Shown here in pieces: positions 10,801-19,819 of a stretch of DNA of 64,000 bases (position 1 is its first letter; every line of letters begins with the position of its first letter). This DNA comes from Wickerhamiella versatilis. Taxonomy: Eukaryota. A program made the translations under genes and the position numbers. The DNA lies in contig JAQOWU010000008.1 in the NCBI GenBank assembly GCA_030867685.1, positions 2,046,001 to 2,110,000 of the forward strand, written 5' to 3'. The notes beneath the pieces were generated by a model that worked only from the letters and a program-made list of their open reading frames with translations, made no database searches and had not been told where the DNA came from.

Positions 10801-11970
10801 GTAACCTGTGCCCCTATTGGAAAGGTTGATAAAAGCCACTTGCAAATTTTGCTTCAAAACTCCTATTCGCAGAGTCTTGAGAGAGCGCTTCTTATTTGGG
10901 CCTTCGTAGTGCAAGATCCTTCAGGGTTTTCTGCAGATGTTCAAAGAGCTCTTGTTTGCCACTATGGAGGAACTTGCTCCGTTGCGGATCAAGTAATCCT
11001 TCAAGCCTTGAAGCTATTAGAAAAAACAGTGAGACAATCGTGGGCTGAGGATGTTGCGTCGTGGGAATCAAGTAGCTACACATCCGGACATGTGATTGAG
11101 CAGTTACATCCAACCACCGCGTTGAGAATCATTTTTGATAAGGCCCGTATAGATATGACACAAAGAAACTATGATCCCAACGCGCACCTTGATGATCTCC
11201 CACTGGACTACGATTTAGCACTGCAGGCGTGTGAGAGCTACAGGGTGAAGTATGCCTCTCAGAATTATCATGATGAATTTTTGTTGGGACTAGTATTGAG
11301 TTTGAATCTAGATATTGGAAGTCTAGTAAGTTCTGGACTCATGTCAATTACTATATGTTGTCTTGTCTCGGACAAACTCAACGAGTTTGCGATCAGTTAT
11401 TTACGTTATATTTCAAATATCTTGGCAGAAAATGAGGACTACAAAGACTCTCCTGCGCTTGAGCTCCTTGTTAACAAGCTGTTGCTATTTATTCATAAGG
11501 AAAAGAATTTTCCGGCTTATGTACCGCTCATGGCAGCCCAACTCGTTCCCATTGTGGCTAACCCTTCACATTTACTCAGAGAAAAACTCCACGACTGGCT
11601 TTTAGCTGGACCGAGCATTCAACCTTGGGAGGTACCAATGTCACGCATTATTTTGAGCACCAGAACAGAGAGCCATTTCCGAGAATATATGTGGCTCTTA
11701 CATGCATTGACATCCAGCATGGTGGATAGCCACTGCGTATCTGTGTTTGCCGAAAAAGGTTTCTTCGAATGGGCCCTTAGTGTAGCGCAACTAAAAAGCC
11801 CAAAGGCCGATTCATTGAGAGCGGCCGTTCGTGATTTCTTGTCAAAGGCCGTGCGGGTTGGTGGCTCTATGACTCTAGCAGAAAAGACCGGTGGTTTGCA
11901 AACATCAGCACGTAAGGAAATTGTCTATGCTACTAAAAGAGAAGATCTACAATCCTTTACTGCGGCTTAA
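7885..11970 (+). CDS. URB1: Nucleolar pre-ribosomal associated protein 1 (Urb1/Npa1)
   Basis: 1361-aa helical protein; KTIKLSFFNDW, LKILRPWE, PDLVQPYF, NPSHLL..K..WLL C-terminal motif; beside ATP7 and near SWD2 as in other yeasts. Confidence 0.8.
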   Translation: MDGLIPLLAQPDDPRLASYAENMLQKIVDDWRVAGTKAEPVRLGQYHLAMERLLNFLCKHDQSNAGNLVELLSQDSQPFHRSLYLIRPNVTSPALILLKRLCDFGQVITLFNTFDLSANAIPKLLNAKGELRSNFIEFYCAFIRSAPSALRRDLWGNRKVTNGWIGRIAYDNEHIQLLTIEMLRDCYLRDPSFSKTIKLSFFNDWTLRNTCQLLAIQYSSVREGAASLLFELFADKQYGISFADAGWYSSETRNRHALSFLKILRPWESVIKMDLAVRLLLNFPDLVQPYFESLSAANFSLSPKNSMFWFAYSIFHVRVIGLPAVKLTETPPLASIVADACLPPTATKQNLLAALTFSESLLVNYQTLEIISTSLRKLFSVKCEYESRGWDFHPVKKKVLARLPDIHYFIQPREPFLLQILLLICVRELGKVDPETVLHLALPQSILSVLDTRKIFGPSLLLAKEVLEIQALASLQSRWWNKKQDSASFFTRLVKFATFNPTLSEETARLIELLTSHTLIFCESGVVSPVATMLFTITACVPLMPESEQENLWSLIDEAVSRCARMPFPYIDKLRANVSPIVAAFLEQCTYAGCTGWLKVLLRNLSVIGEDHSTLRSIAEGLPGDFPQLSKEDYFEFVLSAPAQEILQRNDLVFKIGTSLELAATLYRASSDPDLTNFLLACIPEDMVSLLNRPALYRQFLKPSLDSQYFGLLSLHKVQTTDQLSHDLSLCPSWEVAIGFLTDADLIEKYRQTKKPFIVTELTQRKVALPLDLINLSRPDNIVLTRIDDKALALDLMHQTNSIESICALIKVSNIWSEDLPKDIRIQATALKYAQNFSPPNGVLNEAVKSLDGEFGSYAAKIIAEYPHELLEHELQHVDSYLGSTDNVLQLESVQLALAVDGEGRSRWIKKVVLKLTKLVAENKILPIDFITALKPLCPIMWGCVHTSSINALLAGSVMKDVPELMELSARIVTCAPIGKVDKSHLQILLQNSYSQSLERALLIWAFVVQDPSGFSADVQRALVCHYGGTCSVADQVILQALKLLEKTVRQSWAEDVASWESSSYTSGHVIEQLHPTTALRIIFDKARIDMTQRNYDPNAHLDDLPLDYDLALQACESYRVKYASQNYHDEFLLGLVLSLNLDIGSLVSSGLMSITICCLVSDKLNEFAISYLRYISNILAENEDYKDSPALELLVNKLLLFIHKEKNFPAYVPLMAAQLVPIVANPSHLLREKLHDWLLAGPSIQPWEVPMSRIILSTRTESHFREYMWLLHALTSSMVDSHCVSVFAEKGFFEWALSVAQLKSPKADSLRAAVRDFLSKAVRVGGSMTLAEKTGGLQTSARKEIVYATKREDLQSFTAA

Positions 11971-12187
11971 TTGATCCAATTTTGTGAAGACGAAAAAGAA
12001 AAAGCATAGTTGCGCATCTCAGGTATTTTTTATATAAAAGGCTTGGTAAACTATCAATTCGGTACGATATCGAGTTGAACCTAATAATAATATAGAACGG
12101 GAAATATCGAAGATTGTATGGTAACTGATGACACATACATTACATCGTCAACCTAAGCAGCCGCGATTGGCTAATCATCCTTGTAAC

Positions 12188-12709
12188 ATGGCGTCGAAAC
12201 AGGTCGCGGCTAAAGTTGACTGGACGAAGATTTCGTCAACCCTGGGCCTAACAGGACAGACTGCTAGCTCTTTGTTATCATTCCGCAAGCGTAATGAAGA
12301 CGCTAAGGTCAAGCTTCTCCATTTGAATGAGCAGCCAACCACTGTGGATTTCTCTTACTACCGCAGCGTCCTGAAGAACCAGAAAATCGTTGATCAACTT
12401 GAATCAGCCTTCAAGTCTTTCAAGCCGGTCACATATGACACGAGCAAGCAGGTTAAGACTATCGAAGCCTTTGAGGCCAAGGCCTTGGAGAACGCGGAGT
12501 CTACCGAAGCTAAGGTCAAGGACGAGCTTTCCGCACTTGGTACAACCTTGAGCAACATCAAGAGTGCTCGTGCCTTCGAGGACTTGGTTGTGGAAGATAT
12601 TACCAAGGCTGCACCTGAGGTCGACAAGAAGGTGGAGGAGATGGTCAAGAAGGGTCGCTGGGACGTTCCAGGCTACGACGAGAAATTTGGCTCTACTGTT
12701 ATTATGTAG
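12188..12709 (+). CDS. ATP7: Mitochondrial ATP synthase subunit d
   Basis: KVDWTKISSTLGL, VDFSYYRSVLKNQ, KGRWDVPGYDEKFG; start set at ATG 12188. Confidence 0.96.
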   Translation: MASKQVAAKVDWTKISSTLGLTGQTASSLLSFRKRNEDAKVKLLHLNEQPTTVDFSYYRSVLKNQKIVDQLESAFKSFKPVTYDTSKQVKTIEAFEAKALENAESTEAKVKDELSALGTTLSNIKSARAFEDLVVEDITKAAPEVDKKVEEMVKKGRWDVPGYDEKFGSTVIM

Positions 12710-12799
12710 TGGACATAGATTTATGGTCTTTTTTTCTAGCAGGATCTTCCTCTTCAGCCCTAGAATATGTATGGCGAATTTAGATTGATTAGTAACATC

Positions 12800-13240
12800 A
12801 TGAATAGTATGGAGAGTCTCCTGGGCCAACCAGTCCCTGGAGGGGCTCCCATGGTAGGCTCAAACCCAGGATCGCAACCATTTATGCGCAATTATGCAAT
12901 GGATCCATCGCAGGTGCGTAGGCAGTCACAAACAATTCAGAATCCTCCGATGTATAGTGGTGTACCGCCAAATACCGTCCAGCAGATTCGTGCTCGCGTA
13001 CCAATTCTTCTATTTATCAATCAAGAGCTCCTCAAGCAGGCTATTGTATATCCTCGAGGCTCTGAGAGATTTAATGCAGCTATGAAACACTTACAGTACA
13101 ACCTCGGATTTCTGCAAACTCTAAAGGACCCAATGGCGGTATATTCTGGTAATTTACCACCCATTATTATACAAGCCCCGCCAGAGTTCCCAAATCTTGT
13201 CGAGGCCTACAGTGCTCTCGGGAACACCTACAAGCAGTGA
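12800..13240 (+). CDS. SSXT/SS18 N-terminal-domain protein, Snf11-like (putative SWI/SNF subunit)
   Basis: Q/P/M-rich N-terminus, then LLFINQELL...MKHLQYNLGFL (SSXT-like); start either 12767 or 12800. Confidence 0.5.
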   Translation: MNSMESLLGQPVPGGAPMVGSNPGSQPFMRNYAMDPSQVRRQSQTIQNPPMYSGVPPNTVQQIRARVPILLFINQELLKQAIVYPRGSERFNAAMKHLQYNLGFLQTLKDPMAVYSGNLPPIIIQAPPEFPNLVEAYSALGNTYKQ

Positions 13241-13268
13241 TTAATCAGCAAGTTAGCTATTCTATCAA

Positions 13269-13541
13269 ATGGCCGAAGAAGAGCTTCCGCTTGAGCTAGT
13301 TGATAAATGCATCGGCTTGCCTGTCTGGATAGTGATGTGCAATGATCAAGAGTTTAGTGGAATATTGCTGGGGTTCGACGATTTCGTCAACGTTGTACTT
13401 AAAGATGCAACAGAGTATTCGGCAGGCTCCCCACCTGTGAAACTGCCAAAGGTCCTATTGCACGGACGTAACGTCACCATGTTGATTCCAGGATCAGTTG
13501 ATGGACCCGCTGCACCGCGATCGCTCACCGAGGAGGCTTGA
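13269..13541 (+). CDS. LSM5: U6 snRNA-associated Sm-like protein LSm5
   Basis: LPLELVDKCIG...EFSGILLGFDDFVNVVL...LLHGRNVTMLIPG. Confidence 0.93.
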   Translation: MAEEELPLELVDKCIGLPVWIVMCNDQEFSGILLGFDDFVNVVLKDATEYSAGSPPVKLPKVLLHGRNVTMLIPGSVDGPAAPRSLTEEA

Positions 13542-13763
13542 TTGTGTGCTGGATGTATATATGAATACTCGAGTAATTATATGGCACCAATGTGGTTTCT
13601 GGGGCATGCGTAGTGATATCGATATATGGATCGACAGGTGCTTCATTTTGTTATCCTAGTTATGTTTTTATATATATACAGGCTCTAAATTTTATTAGAA
13701 GGCGTTCGCACTATGCTAGGCAGCAATTAAAAGTAATAATGCTGATGATATTTACATGATAAG

Positions 13764-14597
13764 TTATTCGCGGTGCTTCCTTCGTTTCGTTGGTGATTCA
13801 ATATTGTGATTATCTTGGTCTTTGCCTAACTTTTTGTCATCTGTTGCAGTTGCAATTTCTGAGGACACTTCCGCAGTTACTGTATCCATTTCTATATCAC
13901 TCATTTTCCAAAGAACCAGCATCAATGCAGTCCTCCAAGGCGAAAATCTCTCTGCCACTTTCACCATGTCTCTGAGATCACTTGGCACTGTTGGTCGACC
14001 CTGCGACTTCTTGCTCTTACCAGGGGACTTTGATATCTCCAATGTACTGATATCCTTCATCAAATGAGGCCTGTCTTTAATAAACTTGCGGAATCCACGC
14101 TGTATACCCAGATCACTAGGACTGAAGACGTCCATCCGCCTAAGATAAAAAATAAGAAACATGTGCGCCGTCCACGGTCCAAGCCCTCGAACTGCTACAA
14201 TATTATCTACAACTTCATCGTCATCCAATTCCTGTAGAAGCTTGTCACTCAGGTCACCTCGCTCGTAAACTTCGGCAAGCCCAATAACATATTCTGCCTT
14301 ACGCATGGATAACCCTGCGGCGCGAAGGTCTTCTGGTTGGAACTTCAAAATATCTTTAGGGGTAGGAAAGTCAGTTTCTGGAAACAATGCGATAAATTTG
14401 TTACATATTGACTTTGCAGCCTTACCGCTAACTTGTTGGGACAATACGCTTCGAACTAAGTACTCAAAGGAACCAGGTCGTTCCCTTACTTGATAAAAAG
14501 ATGGAAACTCGTTTTCTTCTATCACGGTTCTCAAGCTTGGATCTACTCGAATAAGCTCGTTAAGAGCTTGTTGGAAAGGCTCATAGTACACTTTCAT
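13764..14597 (-). CDS. MAG1: DNA-3-methyladenine glycosylase (HhH-GPD)
   Basis: SVLSQQVSGKAAKSI, GLSMRKAEY, VRGLGPWTAHMF, DVFSPSDLGIQRG. Confidence 0.92.
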   Translation of the reverse strand: MKVYYEPFQQALNELIRVDPSLRTVIEENEFPSFYQVRERPGSFEYLVRSVLSQQVSGKAAKSICNKFIALFPETDFPTPKDILKFQPEDLRAAGLSMRKAEYVIGLAEVYERGDLSDKLLQELDDDEVVDNIVAVRGLGPWTAHMFLIFYLRRMDVFSPSDLGIQRGFRKFIKDRPHLMKDISTLEISKSPGKSKKSQGRPTVPSDLRDMVKVAERFSPWRTALMLVLWKMSDIEMDTVTAEVSSEIATATDDKKLGKDQDNHNIESPTKRRKHRE

Positions 14598-14946
14598 GAC
14601 TAACTAACAAATTAGCCGTCTCACTACCAGCTAAGTACATGATCTAGAGATGGTGAATTTGTCTGCTTTAATATTAATCTGTTTGTTAATATTTTCAGTC
14701 AGAAATCCAAGTCTTTTGTCGGCGTTATTGTCGTTTAAGTGTTCCTAAAGCTATTAAACCTGATAGGCATGTGCTTATTTGTTGTAAAGCATCACGAAAG
14801 GCCGAGATCATAAAAAATCCACTTAAAATAGTGCTTTTTTACATTAAATGCCACCATCTTTACCAGAAATTTCCAGTTGGTCCTAGTTTCTTGGCCGCGC
14901 CACTGAACCGCTCGGTAAGCATTGACCACCAAACCATCCACATTGA

Positions 14947-16044
14947 ATGCAAATAACAGTGGCTTTCTCCAACAGTGAGGTAATACTCGCTATAGACGTC
15001 TCCGCTGATATGAGCGCCACCGATCTTGCTGCATATATTTTAGAGGAAAGTGGTTTCAAGGCCAGTGGTGTGGACATATTTTATCATGATAACAGGCTCG
15101 ATCCTGAAATCACCCTCAATAAAGCAGGACTAAAAGATGGTGATGTTCTTCTTGCCGTTACATCCACCAGTGGACCTGTCCAGGATTCCCTGGACTCACA
15201 AATTGAAACTGCGCGCCAGCAGATTCTGTACAACCCGGATATGTTTACCCAGCTTTCCCAGCGAATGCCTGAACTTGCTAACTCGATTCACAACCCTGAA
15301 TCCTTCCGACAGGCGTACTCTCGTGTGTATGGCTCAAGCTCACGGAGTGTGGAGCAACAACTAATCGATCAGAATCTGGCATTGGCAATGGAAGAAATGC
15401 CGGAGGCTTTCGCACCAGTCACTATGCTTTTCACGAGTATCGAGGTGAATGGGCATCCTGTGAAGGCATTCGTCGATTCTGGTGCTCAAACAACGATAAT
15501 GAGTCCGGAATGTGCAAAAAACTGCGAACTATCACATCTAATAGACAAGCGGCACCGTGGTATGGCATATGGAGTCGGGCAAGCAAAGATTCAGGGACGA
15601 ATTCATATGGCCCCCGTTAAGATAGGGACATCCTTTTTCCCATGTGCTATCACCGTAATTGAAGGCACAAATATAGACTTCCTAATGGGACTGGATGCAT
15701 TGTATCACCACAGGGCAATCATTGATTTAAAACGCAGTATGCTTGTCGTAGGCAAAGAAGAGGTCCCTTTCTTGCCCGAGTCAGAAATACCAAAATCAAT
15801 GTTTCCTCAGGAAAACTCTCCTGCTGCCGTTCCTACGGAAAACACAACTCAACAAACCAAGCATCAGGCTCCACCTACCCAGTCGACACCAGCACCTTCC
15901 ATGCGGCCACCGGCAAAGGCCCCACCTAATGCGGAGAGTGTCTCAACTCTGATGAAGCTTGGATTCTCTCGTGAACAGTCCATAAGAGCATTGGAGCAAA
16001 CTGGTGGCAACGTTGAACTGGCGGCTTCACTCCTTTTTGGGTAG
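14947..16044 (+). CDS. DDI1: DNA damage-inducible protein 1 (UBL, retroviral-like protease, UBA)
   Basis: VKAFVDSGAQTTIMS aspartyl protease motif; N-terminal UBL; C-terminal UBA (LMKLGFSRE...NVELAASLLF). Confidence 0.96.
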   Translation: MQITVAFSNSEVILAIDVSADMSATDLAAYILEESGFKASGVDIFYHDNRLDPEITLNKAGLKDGDVLLAVTSTSGPVQDSLDSQIETARQQILYNPDMFTQLSQRMPELANSIHNPESFRQAYSRVYGSSSRSVEQQLIDQNLALAMEEMPEAFAPVTMLFTSIEVNGHPVKAFVDSGAQTTIMSPECAKNCELSHLIDKRHRGMAYGVGQAKIQGRIHMAPVKIGTSFFPCAITVIEGTNIDFLMGLDALYHHRAIIDLKRSMLVVGKEEVPFLPESEIPKSMFPQENSPAAVPTENTTQQTKHQAPPTQSTPAPSMRPPAKAPPNAESVSTLMKLGFSREQSIRALEQTGGNVELAASLLFG

Positions 16045-16092
16045 TGAGATTTCCTATCTGGTAAAAATAGAGTTCTAAATAATTTCTTAGCT

Positions 16093-16161
16093 GTATGAAT
16101 AAATAAAACTAGCATGATCAGCTCTGAATACTCTTATCTTATGATAAAACTTTACTAACAG
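16093..16161 (+). other. Candidate spliceosomal intron in a UTR (DDI1 3' UTR or PAA1 5' UTR)
   Basis: GTATGA at 16093 ... TACTAACAG at 16153-16161; 69 nt. Confidence 0.4.
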
Positions 16162-16363
16162 CACTAAGCCTATTACGAATTTTCTCAAAGGGTTGATATA
16201 GCTAGTGCACCATTTATGATTAATAGACTCTCCTTGAGCTCAATTGCACTATTTTCCGTTCTTAATTTCAGCTAGCAAAATGTTTGGTATTCAATCCCTG
16301 TCTCCTCTATTTTTGGCGTGAGTTGTGATTGTGTTTAGTCACCCAGGCAGGCGAAAAGGATTC

Positions 16364-17050
16364 ATGCGCCCTACGGCTACAGAGAGTTTGTACAAGGACC
16401 TGGAACAGGAATATGGTCAGGAGGAATATAGCCTACCTGTAGATATGGCTTTGCGGCCAATGGTTTCTAAGGACCTTGATCAGACTGTTGCTCTAGAAGA
16501 TCTGTGCTTTCCTGAAAACGAGCGAGCAACCCGCCAGAAAATCCAATATAGATTATCCGTGTGCCCTGAGTTATGTGTTGCTGTTGTTAAAAGAACGTAC
16601 GACTGGAACGGTGACTCTCAAAACAGCGATCACCTCGGTGTGGCGTCCGCAAAGGTCACTGTGAAGTCTGAGCAAATCATTGGACATATCTTGGCGACCA
16701 AGACAAATTCAGAGTTTGTTACAGATGCTTCCATGGGAATCCCTACAGTAGAAGATTCGGACGAGGGCCATATCGAGACTGGTAGGACAATAGCCATCCA
16801 TTCGGTCTGTGTGCATCCCGACTACAGGAATAAGCACATTGGCTATTTATTGCTAAAAGATTACGTTCAGCGATTTTTCTCATTGCAAACCGCCGATGGT
16901 ATAGCTATACTTGTTCATGATGAGTTGGTGCCATTCTATCAGCGACACGGGTTTCATCTCCATGGCAAAGCACCTTCAACCTTTGGAGGTACTGAATGGA
17001 AGTCCATGCGCCTTCGATTCGATGGTTACGACTCACAGAGTGAACCTTAA
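16364..17050 (+). CDS. PAA1: Polyamine/aralkylamine N-acetyltransferase (GNAT)
   Basis: FPENERAT..KI.YRL..CPELC, GHILATK, GRTIAIHSVCVHPDYR; start set at ATG 16364. Confidence 0.88.
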   Translation: MRPTATESLYKDLEQEYGQEEYSLPVDMALRPMVSKDLDQTVALEDLCFPENERATRQKIQYRLSVCPELCVAVVKRTYDWNGDSQNSDHLGVASAKVTVKSEQIIGHILATKTNSEFVTDASMGIPTVEDSDEGHIETGRTIAIHSVCVHPDYRNKHIGYLLLKDYVQRFFSLQTADGIAILVHDELVPFYQRHGFHLHGKAPSTFGGTEWKSMRLRFDGYDSQSEP

Positions 17051-17168
17051 ATTTAGCCAAAGGGCAATTTCTAATCAGTCTCTGTTAAATCTAAGAATAA
17101 ATGTAAAATCTTTTGGAATCTCTGTTTACATGCTTGGTTTTGCCTTACTTTCGTTGCTGGGTAGGCAA

Positions 17169-18278
17169 TCAACTTGGATTGAAAGCTAAGTATAAACTAG
17201 GATCAAAATCCTGCCTGAATAAATCACTTTCATCCGGGACTCGCTCATCTAGTTGCATCACACCGGGTGCAAAAGATTCTTCTTCATCTGGAGGTGCCGG
17301 AAAAGGTACTGAGCTATCTATTTCATCGTCAGGTGCTTGTACCATGTATCTCGGTCGCTTGTGTGTTCGATGATAATCTGAAGACCGCATGTGTTGTGGA
17401 GCCCATGGCACATACATGTGCTTGTGTATAACTACTTTCAGATTTCGTTGCTGTGCTTCTTCGATTAAAGTTTTGGTGGATTCTGCTGAGATCGCATTAT
17501 GCATTGGAGGAGGATGTCCTGGCTCGTCGCTCTCAAGAGTGACACTGTACGTTGCCGCGGATTCTAAGGCCTGATTGATGCTCAAATTCTCATTAGGACC
17601 CATTAACTGACTAGGGCCAACCGTAGTCTTCTGTTCATAAGCGCGTGAGCCATTATTTCCGGTGTTGCTTGACTCTACCGCGTCAAGCTGCGTATCGGGT
17701 CTCTCATGTGCAGTCGTAGAATCGCGTGTGAGCTTTCTCCACCTATTTCGACAGGTCAATCCAGTACGTCCATTCATTTCACGTGAGATTTTCTGCCACT
17801 TTGGTCCAAAGCTTTGTACTAATTCCGCCAGTTTTACATCCTCATCTGAGCTCCAAGGTCGCAATCGATCAGAGATGCTAGGATCAAGCACGTCATTATA
17901 TCTCTTGGAACACTGATCATCCGTTCTTCCGGGAATTAGCTGAGATATACGTTGCCATGCTGGTCCAAGACGCTGGTAAGCCTCCATCAGCGTTTTGTCT
18001 TCGTTCTGAGTCCACCTCCCACGCTTTAGTTTTGGATCTAGACTGTAGAACCATCGTTTTCGACAATCTTTGGGGGTTCTATTGTCAAAATTTGAGCTTA
18101 TCTTATCCCAATGACTGTTTTTGCCACATTGATCTCCCCAATAGGATACCAGAAGTCGTAACTTCTCATCCTCCTCTGCAAGCCATTTGCGTCGCGTTCG
18201 TGGTTCATCTACACTATATGCACCATTCTCCGTGTCATTAAATGCAAATTCACCTTGACTATCCAATTCTTCTGGCAT
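17169..18278 (-). CDS. Three-repeat Myb transcription factor, Bas1-like
   Basis: Three W-x-EED Myb repeats with RTPKDCRKRW, GRTDDQCSKRY and GRTGLTCRNRW. Confidence 0.85.
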   Translation of the reverse strand: MPEELDSQGEFAFNDTENGAYSVDEPRTRRKWLAEEDEKLRLLVSYWGDQCGKNSHWDKISSNFDNRTPKDCRKRWFYSLDPKLKRGRWTQNEDKTLMEAYQRLGPAWQRISQLIPGRTDDQCSKRYNDVLDPSISDRLRPWSSDEDVKLAELVQSFGPKWQKISREMNGRTGLTCRNRWRKLTRDSTTAHERPDTQLDAVESSNTGNNGSRAYEQKTTVGPSQLMGPNENLSINQALESAATYSVTLESDEPGHPPPMHNAISAESTKTLIEEAQQRNLKVVIHKHMYVPWAPQHMRSSDYHRTHKRPRYMVQAPDDEIDSSVPFPAPPDEEESFAPGVMQLDERVPDESDLFRQDFDPSLYLAFNPS

Positions 18279-18664
18279 CTTAGGTCCCTAGAGGACCAAA
18301 CTCAAGGATTACGACGAACGGCTTTTTGCTTAGTGATATATTGTTTTAACCTGACAAGATACCTTTGTTGTTTGTGCATGATTTGCATAAAAAGCAGTTC
18401 CAGAATAGTGCATAGTGTATTAGTCTATCTAAATATTGGTGAGTGACTAGTTTCATATTGTCGCTGGATTTCTCTATTTGTTACTCTATATGTGCTAATT
18501 TGGCATTATAACTGTACAAAGTTCAAACCGGAATGTCATCACCACTAGAGAGGAAATGGGAATCAATTAAACAAATAAAAAGCATTCATAGTTTTCCAGC
18601 CTTATTCCCAAGGTTAAAATAACTATTCTTACTCAAAAAAGAAAGAAACCAGCATCTGTCAGCC

Positions 18665-19183
18665 ATGGTTGCATCACCCGAGCAAGTTGCCGAAGCCTGT
18701 CGGTATGTTGCAGCACGATTTGAAGAAACAGGACAAACATTTTGCCATGAGTTACTCAACAATGTCGATGTGGTGGACACAAGTGAGATATATAGCCATC
18801 CTGTCGTGACTTTCAAGGTCCGTACTACCCCGCACTTGACAAATTCATTCGGATTCGTTCATGGTGGGGCATTATCTACGATAGTGGCGATATATTCTTC
18901 ACTTGCTCTCGCGGCAGACGAGAAGTATTGGGGCGATTCAAAAAAAGCACCCAGTGAACGAGAACTTAAGGCCTTCTATGACGCATTGGGGATGAGCCGG
19001 AGTTTAAGTGTGCAAATGTTACAGCCTGTATCAATAGATACAGATATATTTGTCAAATGTACGGTTGATAGCAATACGAAGTCATTCTCTTATGTCACAG
19101 CAAAAATCAATAGTTCGTCTGGTGGACTATCGGTGGTAGCTATTCATGATAAGATGAAGAGGCATCCAGCAGCCAAATTATAG
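18665..19183 (+). CDS. Hotdog-fold PaaI/ACOT13-type thioesterase-like protein
   Basis: NSFGFVHGG motif, GMSRSLSV..L.P strand and terminal HDK. Confidence 0.8.
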   Translation: MVASPEQVAEACRYVAARFEETGQTFCHELLNNVDVVDTSEIYSHPVVTFKVRTTPHLTNSFGFVHGGALSTIVAIYSSLALAADEKYWGDSKKAPSERELKAFYDALGMSRSLSVQMLQPVSIDTDIFVKCTVDSNTKSFSYVTAKINSSSGGLSVVAIHDKMKRHPAAKL

Positions 19184-19819
19184 TGCAGACTAAAGAAAAA
19201 GAGTCTTTATTGTCTAATACAAATATTCGTCATCTAGGATTCTGGTCACTGAACAAAAAAAAGAATAGTCCCGGGAAAGAGTCGTAAATGACGGCGCACG
19301 GTTATGGTCCTCAACGTTAGTTAAATTATCGATGAAGACAAACTTTATGCATCATAATCTATTTTTATCAGGGTGGTACCTCACCACAAGGACGTGTTGA
19401 TCTAAGAAAACACGGGTTCGCAAAAAAATTAAAGTTAGGTAGTATCTATCTTGGAGTAATATGTTAATTTTCGAGAGGAAAGAGTCATCTAGGCCACACG
19501 AGAAGAGACGGTAGTGAGGGCTTGGGTATCCTCCTTCGAGGAATAGCAACAAGCCGGGGCTGGATCGGGCGGGATCAGCCCACCGTACCCTAATATCACC
19601 CTTACCACCACAGGATTTTTCCGTCTCTCGAGGGTCATTGGGCAATTTGACTTCTGATCAGAGATAAGTACGCCTGAAATTAAAAAAATAGAAATAGCGC
19701 CATACTTTTTTTTAGCAAAGAAATTTGGTGTGTCACCCTGCTGACGAAAGAAAACAGAGTGGCTTAAATTGAAGACCCCGCACTCCCTGCGTCTAGGATT
19801 TAGTAATTTGGAAGTCTCG

